DNA of 64,000 nucleotides, taken from contig NMRA01000427.1 in NCBI GenBank assembly GCA_002633005.1, positions 325,924-389,923 of the forward strand, given 5' to 3'. This DNA is from Phoronis australis. Lineage: Eukaryota > Animalia > Phoronida. The translations under genes and the position numbers were made by a program. How positions within the stretch are numbered: the first letter of the stretch is position 1; each line of letters begins with the position of its first letter. The notes under the pieces were generated by a model. That model ran no database searches, was not told where the DNA came from, and saw nothing but the letters and a program-made list of their open reading frames with translations. This document shows, piece after piece, positions 51,301-60,905 of this stretch.

Positions 51301-51416
51301 CTTATGGGTACTTTCAATGCCATATTCGTAAACATGAAATCAGACGTCAGCAATAAGTTGACGTCACACACGCAATACGCATTTTTCAGAACAATGGTAA
51401 AGTTCTCTAGTAACAT
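48387..51416 (-). CDS. Uncharacterised 1009-aa acidic tandem-repeat protein with a predicted N-terminal membrane anchor
   Basis: Uninterrupted 3030-nt ORF, with non-repetitive flanks of ~300 and ~120 aa also open. An in-frame stop lies upstream of the ATG and a pyrimidine-rich CAG acceptor sits 40 nt upstream (51457). Shortened repeat units are all multiples of 3 nt. Confidence 0.8.
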   Translation of the reverse strand: MLLENFTIVLKNAYCVCDVNLLLTSDFMFTNMALKVPIRILADLTIFLLAYISAFMNLIKRRVVSITEDLLDITAAIISIVLRDFDDDDFNEEYVDSSITLTKVDENGQTITVHYEYIEDILDDMPEIPQEHHESTEAATINSETKLQPCLPSATTVDSKLRQRNDLIENSEIVNKVGAMQLQGKCKEEIDGIIADQGLGHVAEVTAHEDGCVLESTEGTNGYVSDNTNGRDKYVHYTINGDAGRVVNNAGGNERHGQGVLKVNDGNGNNAHDENGEKKPDTPSDEGDPRPDIIYEESDHGSDASHDKQDSIYEAPCENDDHKQDATYENGDPKSNTPNENGLGHDTPYRNDDPNYDTPYENLDHEPETLHENADSGTDTPYGNGVPEHTAYENCDLEMDSPYGNGDPWHGTPYEDSDPGQDIPYGNGKPDDDTACEMGDPGHDTLYGQFDSDYDTAYGNGGPGPNTPYEKDDSEHDTAYENGDPRKDTPYGNGNPNYDTPYRIGDPNHDAPYENVYSQQNYLYGNGKPRYDTQYGNGTPYLNGNPRNDTPYEDGVTEHDNAYENGDPGKDAPNGNIDPRRDCPYEDGDASHDSPYENGGPMREIPYDNGDVGYNCPHGNDDPVHDIPYGKCNPGHHTAYGNGDPNHDTPNENGDPDYDTLHGIGVPEFDCVYENGEPKNDTPYGKDDAEYGTAYGNGNPEYHTAYENDDPDYGNDMPEHDNAYENGEPEHDTRYGEGDTEYDTAYGNGNPEHDTPYGNSIPDPDTAYENSDPGHDTPYGNSIPDPDTAYENGDPGKDTPNGNSNPSHDTLYENRDPEHDSKYRNGDPKHNTAYGNGDPDHDTRYGNGDPGHDTSYGNGDPDHDTLCAIDDPEYDTPFGNGDLGHDTIVETNPESSFANIEWEARGADDNHGHITKVTNGIVGDIINVSCGNEGRVADLNGERGCHVGHCTSVNTESANMRKECVNDDSGLLKQKKSRKDNIEFLSRTNGEKRLSWWRRLLCCAPSPEE
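48755..50440 (-). repeat. 33-bp coding tandem repeat, ~52 degenerate copies encoding Y[GE]NGDPxHDT[PA]
   Basis: Periodic plus-strand motif GGATCACCATTTCCATACGGAGTATCATG; units counted from the translation. Confidence 0.92.
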
Positions 51417-52212
51417 AATCCGTGCGTCAGTAGGACGCTTATAATTTTAAATATAACTGGGTTTGGAAATAAAATGTCTCTTTGATTCAAATGTTTCTGA
51501 ATGTAAACACCAGCATATGTACAAGATAACATTAAAAGTATGCATTTCGTTTCTTGCTGATACTAAAACCTACACATTCTGAGGAAATCCAAACGTTTTG
51601 GTGTCATGTGCACACCCTAAGGCAATGATTGTGCCAACCTACGTTGACTTCTGATCTATACCGTTATGGCAACTTTTACATTACATATAGAAAGATTTTC
51701 ATCAATTGAGAAACTATATTAAAATTTCGTAAAGACCTGCATGCGTTTTTACTGGCAATTCAGAGCCGTAAAACAAATCCAGTACCGTTCACCAGTGGCG
51801 GCAATTTTCTGGGTGTGCCACCAGAATTTTATTCTGATATTTCATAATAAATGCTATTTATTTTGAACACATTTGATTAGGTTTTGAAACAGCAGCAGAT
51901 GGGAATAAGTTTTGACTTGAATGGTTTTCTGGAAAAATTCATGAATTTTTCAGTGAAAAGTAAATGCGAAGGAGTAAGAGAAGATTCTAAATAAAAAGAA
52001 TATAGAAACCGACTGTCTTCGGAAGGAGGTTGAAAATCTTACGGAGTTGTTGCAAAAAAGTAATATCATCGTGTCAATTTTATTGGAGAAATCCTTTTGA
52101 CGAGCAATGAGAATTTCAACTCGTGACACATATGGACATAATGTTTTTTCTGAAATGTCTTTACTTTTAGAATATCGGCTGAATGTTTCGCGTTTTGAAA
52201 AGAATTGAGTAG

Positions 52213-52440
52213 CAGTTCCAGGCAGAGCTTCTAGACGTTTCAAAGTCGGCAAAATTCAATGATACTCACAGGTACATTCTCCTCTGTATTGACATGGTCT
52301 CGAAGTATGCTTTCGCTGTTCTACTCCCAGAAAAGACGGAGAAAGCATAGTTGAAGCGTTCAAACTTTTTGCCAATGAACAGAAATGTAAGACTCTGCAG
52401 ACATATAAAGGCATTCAGTTTACGAATCGAGTCTTCTCAT
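52213..52440 (+). pseudogene. Decayed Polinton/Maverick-type retroviral-like integrase fragment
   Basis: QFQAELLDVSKSAKFNDTHRYILLCIDMVSKYAFAV, then after a frameshift ESIVEAFK...KTLQTYKGIQFTN. Matches the Polinton integrase pattern QxDLxD...YILxxIDxxSKYA...LQTDxGxEF with both catalytic Asp changed. Confidence 0.7.
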
Positions 52441-52707
52441 CAACAGGCCTGTGCCGAGCAAACCTGCTTTTTAAAACAGGTTTGCTTACCAATTAAAATT
52501 GGAGAGTAAAGACAGGGCTCTATCCGACTTCTCGTTTGTTCCAATAAGTGTCTGTGATAGAGAATCTACATGTGTAATAAAAATTATCACTTGTACGGTT
52601 TATGATGTCTAAACGCCTTGAGGATTTTTGTATTATGTTAGAATATACTTTGTTATTAATATACGTTAGGTCGTCACAATATCTCCTTATTATTCTAGTC
52701 CCTTTAA

Positions 52708-53506
52708 AGTGTACACAACATGACTCTAGTACCTCAAAATCAATTTTATTATTTTATCTTACTAGATTTCAGTGACTTTAGTGCACAGCTCATAAAGAAA
52801 TACGCAAAAATTGAAAAAATAATAATTATGTACAACGTCATGGGTTGAACCCAAGTAGTTCGCCATACTGTTCCGATCAGAGACAAAGTGTATAGAGTGA
52901 AGAGAAAGCAAAGTACATTTAGCGTCGAGAAGGTTCGTAGAGGGATCAAAAGATGTGTTTCCGGAGGCTTCAGCAACAGCAACCAGGCGGAGAACGTCTC
53001 GGTGTTCCGAAGGACACTAAAGTTGCGCAGAAGTGGCATCGCTTCGTGCGCCGAACGAGAGTGTGGGACGTAATCGTGGACCAAGCGATTCGGTCTGGGG
53101 CCACTCTGTGTTCTGCCCACTTATATCCTGTTCGTAAGGCTCAAAGTAGAAAAGTACGCAGCCGGAAGCACATTAAACTTGTTCTCGCTTTCGTGCAACC
53201 CCATTTCCTCATCCTGGCCACCATTCCGTACGTTTCTTCATAGTATTCGTTCAATTCTTGCTCATAATCGTCGTCGCTTTCAAATTCCCTGCTCTCCGCC
53301 ATTGTTCAATGCTAGTCACTGATCTCTTGTGTTCTACCCATGACGTCGCACTGCGGGAAATGTGAAAATTGGCAAAATTGAAAGAAAAATCAAAATTTCG
53401 AGCTAATTACACAAAATAAACATGGGTTTAGCTAAATTTTACGTCATACATTTAGTCTGTGGCCACCGGTAATTCAAAATGTGCAAAAATCCATGGTGTG
53501 TACTGT
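52708..53506 (+). mobile_element. Internally deleted Kolobok-like DNA transposon with a decayed THAP domain
   Basis: TTAA on both sides; 12/15 TIR match (AGTGTACACAACATG / CATGGTGTGTACTGT). About 52945-53125 encodes frameshifted KRCVSGG.SN...FPKDTKVAQKWHRFVRRTR...LCSAH (THAP); a convergent acidic ORF start MAESREFESDDDYE lies on the minus strand near 53300. Confidence 0.65.
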
Positions 53507-54645
53507 TTAATGCCGGGGGTTAGACATACGCGACATCTGTTGCTGCTCAGAAATGACAGAGAAGACAGGGCGATAACGTACCGGTATACAATGACCACGA
53601 AACACGTGGCCCTGATGTGCGCAAAATAAGGGAATACATGTTCTATTTTATTATTCTAATCCCTTTCACGAGTTAGACATACTCGACATCTGTTGGTGAA
53701 AAATGAGTGAGGGAGAAAAAAGTGCCTACAACATATTGAATGTATTCAAAATAACCTCTTTTTAGTGCCTGAGACTTTTCTCGTGGTGGATGGTGCTCCG
53801 CCCTACCGAGCTGATGATGTCATTGTCACTTCCTTTAGGTTTGCGGATCAATCTTTGATCTCTGACCTTTGACCTACTGTCTTTGACCGAGGTCAATCTC
53901 CAACGCCTGTCACGAAAACGACTCACTATACTACTGACCATACTACTTATCTATATCAACATTGGAATTTATTCAAAATGTTGAGAAGTAAGATTTGGAC
54001 CATGTTATTATTTTTTTAAACTCATACCAGGAGTTAACGTAGATCTGGTCCAGATTCATTCTGTCTTTTCTACATTGGATTTGAGTCCAGAAAGCTTTGT
54101 GAATGGTTCAGAAGATGTAAAGTTTTTATAAGTGATTTTTCTGAACCACCCACAATTGTAGTATCGTCAGCACACAGAAGAACTTTAAATTCTTGATTTC
54201 CGAAAGTGGTGCTTTTAATTTCTTTACTGCCTCTTTAAAACATATTTTCCAAGATTTCAGCGCATAATACTAATATGGAAATATTGAGTCCCACGTTCAA
54301 CCCTAAAAATCAGAAGGGGTCACCATTTTGCGTAACACACAAATGAAATTGTTTGTTTAACATATTTATCCACCTGCAAGGTCAAAAAAATCAGACATGA
54401 CGGAGTATCACTTTAAAGATAAATCATTTATGTATTTATTCTGACTCTTCATTTTCATAGAAACTTGGTTCATTGCTGGAACAGTGAACATACTTCATTC
54501 TTGCAATAACCACCATGTACTAGCAGCAGAGGTATTGTGAATATTCTCGTAAATGCTGCAAACCTAGGGTTGCATCATTCTGCTCTCAGCTACAATGGAC
54601 ACCCAGTTGTCTCCCAAGACTCTGAGGTCATCAAGGAGACTACTT

Positions 54646-54973
54646 ACTCACGGACCTGCAAACACCGTCCACTGACTCACAAACACGGGAACGGACTCAC
54701 AGAACACGATCCACGCACCCAAATACACGGGACACGAACTCATATTCACGAGGAAACACGGTTAATGGACCGCCAAACACGGGTCACGGACTCATCGGCT
54801 TCCTGGGTCAGCTGACATCTTCATTTTGTCCGTATACCGTGTTTGGCGGTCCGTTAACCGTGTTTCCTCGTGAATATGAGTCCGTGTCCCGTGTATTTGG
54901 GTGCGTGGATCGTGTTTTGTGAGTCCGTTCCCGTGTTTGTGAGTCAGTGGGCGGTGTTTGCAGGTCCGTGAGT
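54646..54973. repeat. Long near-perfect inverted repeat (~140-bp arms, ~45-bp spacer)
   Basis: ACTCACGGACCTGCAAACACCG...GGACCGCCAAACACGG pairs with CCGTGTTTGGCGGTCC...CGGTGTTTGCAGGTCCGTGAGT; the ORF track shows the same peptide on both strands. Confidence 0.92.
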
Positions 54974-55009
54974 CGTGTTTATGAGTCCGTTGACCGTGTA
55001 GTTTAGGTA

Positions 55010-55585
55010 CCTTGACTCTGATCGAGGTGGCATCCTTTGCTTGCAACACTTTGTTCCTGGTGTCGACTGCTCTACGAACTTTCACCCGTGAGGAGGCCAT
55101 GACTACAGATTCAAACAAGTTAATGTGGCTTTGGTTCCAATGCAGGTCTGACCTTGTTCCTGCGAACAAGTTCAGCTTCATATGGTGTCCTCTACGCCTT
55201 TCTTCAAGGAAGGAAAACTTGCAACACACATGGCCTAGGCGTCCATCTTCTCTGACCAACGTGTGTCTGACATGCTCTGGAGAACAGTACAAACGTGGTT
55301 CTTTAGAAATACCCAGCGTTGTGGGCTGGAACGGAACACAATGTATAACTTCCTAATAGTTCCAAATGTAATAGCCACAGCTGTGGACAACTTTCAGCAG
55401 CATGGCCGGGAGTACAACGGGTTAAGACTACCACAAGTCTTGGAATGTAGATTTTTGTGTTTCATTATTGAAGTGAACGTAGCGCAAGATGGCCACAGTT
55501 TGTTCCATATGTGCAGTCAGGCGTAGCATCAACAATTATACTGTAATAGTTGCTGTGTTTGTCCGTTCCACAGATATCATAGTAT
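55010..55585 (-). pseudogene. Decayed hAT-superfamily (ZMYM1-like) transposase fragment
   Basis: Across frameshifts and stops: YYSIIVDATPD..MEQTVAILRYV, HAAESCP, FGTIRKLYIVFRSSPQRW, SMSDTRWS, DTRNKVLQAKDAT. Includes the first catalytic Asp block and the TRW motif of hAT transposases. Confidence 0.8.
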
Positions 55586-55997
55586 GCCCCCGTTTTTGCA
55601 CATACAGCTATTAAATAACGACTTGCCTGTCCGTGTATCAGAACTGTATAAATCACAACGTTGCGATACCAGTTCGTGGAACAACTGGATTGCTTGTAGG
55701 TGATCGAATGGTGATTGTAATTCCTGTAACAGGAGTGCCCTGGACATGATTATATAATTAAGATATATGCGCCCTCTAGTGGTCAAGCTATGTATGGAAT
55801 TTCCTATGATTTTTGGATCCTTTGGACATGACCATATATCGCCACGCTGTGGCCAGATCCTAGGAAGTATGGGCCTTGCCGTTCAGATCGTGTCTGATTG
55901 GTTGAAATTGTGTACTTAAACCTCGTCTCTGTCAGACACGCGGAGTCCAGTCGCAGAGTTCACTAAGTTAATACCTACACTCTCACTCACACCGAAT

Positions 55998-57477
55998 AGC
56001 GGATTTGCAGCGACGCCATATTGAAATTAGTTAAAATGGTGCATTGTGGGTGCTGTGGTCAGGATTCCGAAAGCGGCCATAGTAACAAGCATAATACGCG
56101 GTATGAGCGCGAAGAAAACTTACCTGGCTGCTTCAAAAACAACAAGAGAGATAAAAATCTGAGTTTGTATGTGTTCCCTGCAAACCAAGAACTTCGTGAA
56201 AAATGGATAAACAACATTAGGAGACCTGGGAGAAAGGGGAAATTTAGCGCATTCAAACGAACGCGGGGCCATCTAGTAGGCAACACGTAGCCCCTCGGTT
56301 GGCCATGTAGGGGCTACAATACTTCCATTCGCTTTCTGTACTCATTTCGTTACTCCAGTGTATTTTAAATGGGCCGTGACCGGATTTGGGTTACCGATTT
56401 CGAGTTTTCACCTCGTCAAAAATACACTCTACACTTAAAACTATCATTTAAAAAACGCTTACTTTCATCATTGGTCCTTTCTACTTCTATACATATCTTT
56501 AATGAAGCTTAGTTGTGAGAATTAAGTTGACTTTGGCGAAGAATTACAACTCCACTTTTTTGGTTGCCGTTAATTTTATCACCGCGTGCGCGATAACTAC
56601 AAAGCATGTCAACTGAATCCCGTGAGTTAGGCGCAAGGTTAGACTGAGCGAAGCGCGTGACGCTAGCGCGCGACACTTGTAAAATAGCATGAGAAGGTAT
56701 CGGGTGAAACTTGTAAGATGTGTGTCCCTTGGACTTTTTATTCGTCAACATGCGTAATTTCACGTAACTTCCTCAAAATGGCACCCGGTAACCGTGACTG
56801 AGAGAAACTCGAACAAACCGCAACAGATTTTCATCGATTCGTTCAAGTTTTGCTGACTAAATTGTATCCAGAGTCGTGGTATGTGTTAATTATAACTCCG
56901 TGTTCCTATATGTATGCCGGGTTCATTTGATTTTATTTGCTGTATTTTGAAATGAGTAACTTTTTGTGAGGATGTACTATCGCCCCTGAATGCCTGCGGC
57001 ATCCAGTGCGATGTAATTGCCTAGGGGCCATCGTGTGTACAGCGAACATTTTCCTGGTGGAAAAAAGACTTATGAGAACAACATTCCGACGGAGTTTCCA
57101 CTTAAAATTAACGTCTCTAGCATATCCACGACGAAAGCTACAAAAGTTAAGCAACCCAAGAACTCTCAACTTGTCTGAAATAGGAGGAGATTTCGAAATC
57201 AACGCCGATAACCCCAATACTGAACACGGCGACAGTCGTGCTCTCGGTCACACGGTCACTGATCATAGCTACGCTGTGTTTACAAACGAGAGAGAGGACT
57301 TGCTTGGTATTATAAAGCAAAAAATGAAACATGGTTTTTAGTTTGCAAATCACTCCAAATGCACACACTATCCAGCCTGCTCAAGACATGCCTGACCACA
57401 AGCTATCCCATGAGCCTTCGCGAAGGAAGTAACTCGCACATGCGCAATGCGTAGTTCGTCTGCGCTGCAAATCCGCT
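55998..57477 (+). mobile_element. Internally deleted THAP-encoding TIR transposon (ISL2EU/Harbinger-related) inserted in the Gypsy LTR
   Basis: Perfect inverted ends gaAT-AGCGGATTTGCAGCG / CGCTGCAAATCCGCT-ATtc (AT duplication). Encodes MVHC...PGCFKN...LSLYVFP...LREKWINNIRR...GH/RVYSEHF...NIPT (THAP), then DHSY. Confidence 0.8.
56274..57023. mobile_element. 750-bp non-coding insertion splitting the THAP domain
   Basis: Flanked by a 9-bp direct repeat GGGGCCATC (56265-56273, 57024-57032); short inverted ends TAGGCAA/TTGCCTA. Removal restores the frame KRTRGHRVYSEHF. Confidence 0.8.
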
Positions 57478-58199
57478 ATTCCAATTATTCGTGCAGCTTT
57501 CGGTCTCCTCCCGAACTTGGCTGCCAATAGTTTAGTCCCCAGCAATTATCGGGCTCCTCTCGAGCTTGATTGCTGCTCACATTTGGGACCAATAACTAAA
57601 TTGCCCCCGTTTTTGCACGTACAACTATTAAATAACGACTGGCCTGCCTCTGTATCAGAACTGTATGAATAATAACGCTGCGATACTAGATCATGGAACA
57701 ACTAGATTGCTTGTAAGTGTGACGTGTTGTACTTATGTATTCTTACAATAAACCTATGTATTATTCACCCATTTTAGTTTTTAATATCACCCTCTGTCCG
57801 CACCGGTCTCGTAAAATCGGTGCGCCTTGGTCGTAGAAACCGCCCCCTTTACACTGGTGCCGTGGCCCGGATATGTGGGAATACTTTTTAAAAGCAGTAA
57901 AACAAAGTTTCTTACCGTCAATGCCGACTTAGTGTTTTAATGACATTTTGCTCAATGCTCATACCGTTGACGTCTTGTCACGCTCGCTGGGTGATATTTG
58001 GAAGTAATTAACTCACATAATAAACGTCTGCTGGAGGTTGCGTGTTCAAAGTTTGCAAAACATAATATTCCATAGTACCGACATTGAACACATTTTTGTT
58101 ACGTCAGTGCTCCTGAGTTGATTTTCCGTTGAGGTTTTAATAAATATCCTTGTCGACTAACAATCTACAAGTTGTAGTGTGTCGCTGTTTATTTTCTGT

Positions 58200-60340
58200 T
58201 TTTAAGAGAGGTACCTTTCCTAGCCCTCGCAGTGTCTGAAGCAGAAGTAAGTTGTGACCCTGAAAAGGTTGCTGCAGTTACAGATTGGGAGACACCATCC
58301 TCAGTTTCGGATGTACGCAGTTGGCATCATATTACCGGAGATTCATTCCTGACGTCTCCATTGTTGCTGTACCGTTGTCACGTTTGACCGGGAAGAACAA
58401 ACGACGCGAGTGGGATGACTCGTACCAATTGGCATTTGACCAGCTGAAGGTGCTGCTTTCCAAACATCCAGTGTTGGAATATCCCAGGCGGCGGGGTAGG
58501 TTTATCCTAGACACGGATGCCTCGGCCTTTGGCATCTCAGGCGTACTCTCTCAGGAGCAGGGTGGCGAGGAGAGGGTCATCGGGTATGCCAGCCAAGCTC
58601 TGTAGGCGCCACAGCAGCGCTATTGCACCACCTATCGCGAACTTTTGGCAGTCGTGACGTTTGTTAAGTGGTTCCGGCAGTATCTATGGGGCCGCAACTT
58701 CCTCAACAGAACAGACCACCACTCTTTGAAGTGGTTAAGGAATTTTAAGGAACCCGTCGACATGGTTGCCAGGTGGATAGCGGTTCTCGACACATATGAC
58801 TAAGAGATTAAGCATCTGAAGAGTAATCATCTAGGTAACGCTGATGGATTGTCCCAGAAACCATATCGCAGATATCAGCGATCTGATAGTGACCAATGTG
58901 CTGATCGACGAGTTGTCGCTGCAGTGCGACGGGGATGACGTGCCGCTTGGGAATGTGAGAACCCAGAGAATGACACCTGGCTGCCTACATGGAATAAAGA
59001 TGAACTTCGTACTCTGCAACAAAACGATAAGGTCATAGGTCCAATTGTGAAATTAATGTCTGAGTCCTTGGAGAAGCCTGAGCTTAAAGCTATGCAGGGA
59101 CACTGCTGGTGTACCTGGCGTTTGTTTTCAGAGTGGAAGCTTTTGCACTTGCAAGATGGTGTTCTGTATCGGCGTTAGATCGAAGCCTGCGGCGACGGTG
59201 ATCGAATGGTGATTGTAGTCCCTCGTCAGTTACGGATTCAGGTTCACTAGCTGACGTACGACTCAAGGACAGCGGGACATCTTGGTCGCGACAAGACTAT
59301 TCGGACCATTCGTTCTCGTTTCTACTGGCCAGGGCTACAGGGTGATGTTTCTAGGTGGTGCAAGCGTTGCGAGATGTGCGCACGTTGCAAACCATATAAT
59401 GAAAAAAATAATTGCAGTTGGTCTGATACACGTTGTACCAGACGTGCGCAGGCCTCGCATGTGGGCCCATTGCACTGATCACCTGGAAATATTTTTATGC
59501 TTTATTGACATATGGTTAAAACCGAGCTGAGGAGATAGAAACCTGGCTCAAGGGTTTAGCAGTGTGACCTGGTGGGACTTGAACCCACGACCTCGAGTAA
59601 AGAAAGCGGGCACTTATTAACCAGGCCACACTGCCTCCTCTTCGTTGCAAATCAGGTCTGGGCAGAGGTCGCACACCACTTCAGCAGGGTCAAGCAGGCG
59701 TTCCATTCCAGTGCATTGCTTTAGACATACTTGGTCCTCTTCCTAAGTCGTACAATGACAAGGAATATATCATTGTGGTCGAAGACTACTTTACCAAGTG
59801 GACCGAAGCTTATGCCCTACCAAACCACACGGCTCAGACAGTCGCAGACAACTTCGCAACAGAGTTAATCTCCAGATTTGGTTTACCAGCCTACATCCAT
59901 TCTGATCAGAGTCGGGAGTTTGAGAGTAACTTGATCTCTGAACTTTGTCAGTTGCTCGGAATGCAGAAGACTAGAACCACCCCATATCATCCGCAATCCG
60001 ATGCCATTGTGCAGCGGTTTAATCGAACGGTCCAAGGGATGTTGGCCATGTTCGTAGGCAAGCATTGGAGAGACTGAGACGACCACCTACCGCGGCTCTG
60101 GTGTTACGCCATACAGATTAAAGCTCGGTCGGGAGGTGTCGCTACCTTTAGATGTTATCACTGGGAACCCTCCTGATGGTGCTGTGTCCTAGTATGCCTG
60201 TGAATAGAATGAGTGGTTGTGCCAGTCGCTGGAGAACGCCTGGACTTTTGCTCGAGAGGCGTTGAAATCAAGTTTTCGCCGGCAAAACAAGTACAACGAT
60301 GACCGAGAGAAATTTCGTAAATTTAGTAAAGTAGACTTGG
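58200..60340 (+). pseudogene. Gypsy pol remnant (RT C-terminus, RNase H, integrase) with stops and frameshifts
   Basis: DPEKVAAV..W, LASYYRRFI, FILDTDASAFGISGVLSQ, YCTTYRELLAVV, TDHHSLKWL, GHLGRDKT..FYWP, CKRCEMC, IALDILGPLP, DYFTKWTEAYA, IHSDQSREFES, TTPYHPQSD. Confidence 0.93.
59392..59642 (-). mobile_element. tRNA-derived SINE, copy 2 (251 bp), inserted in the Gypsy integrase zinc-finger region
   Basis: 9-bp TSD CGTTGCAAA (59383-59391, 59643-59651); minus-strand A box TGGCCTGGTTAATAAG and B box GGTTCAAGTCCC; homologous to 25391-25631. Confidence 0.88.
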
Positions 60341-60354
60341 ACGCTTTTGCCTAT

Positions 60355-60905
60355 CTAAAATAGCTCTCAAAGACATTGATGAAATTGGACACTTCCCAAA
60401 AATTTACTCACAATTCAAATGACAATAAATGCGTTGTTTTTTTTACTTCAGTACAAGATTTGTTGATTAAACTCAATAACAAGGGATCAAAAAGGAATTA
60501 AGTCATTAAATCAAGGTAAATGCATTGCGCATGGATTTGATTGTAGGTTTCTGATTTACATGTTTATGGATCTATGAAAATGGACTGATTGATAGGTGAT
60601 TTTTTGACAATTAGAACCTTATATCGTAAGAAATGACAATGATTCATTGAACTTAGTTGCAGGCCGACTTTGGGAAAATTCGACATCAGATCCCCAAATA
60701 TAAAGTACACTAAACGAGTTTTGTCTGTCTGAAATAAGTCTCAAGGAAATTGATGAATTTTGGACAGCTCTACAAAGTGTCCCAAAATGTTCTCACAATT
60801 CAAATGATAATAAACTTTTTATTGGCTTAGGAACCAGATTACTGGGTTTTAAGTTTACAAACCGTAGATCGAAAAAGAAGTTTAAGTACTTAAACAAATG
60901 AAATT
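60355..60905. repeat. Diverged ~170-bp direct repeat pair (about 60355-60530 and 60730-60905)
   Basis: Shared blocks TCTCAA..ATTGATGAA..TTGGACA, CCCAAAA, CTCACAATTCAAATGA and GATC.AAAA in the same order. Confidence 0.6.

Larger units (their letters stand above)
55725..60340 (+). mobile_element. Decayed, internally deleted Ty3/Gypsy LTR retrotransposon: interrupted 5' LTR 55725-57853, tRNA-His PBS 57855-57872, pol remnant about 58200-60340
   Basis: TGTAA...TTACA LTR ends; PBS TGGTGCCGTGGCCCGGAT complementary to the tRNA-His 3' end; RT-RNase H-integrase order in the pol remnant. No gag or 3' LTR seen. Confidence 0.85.
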
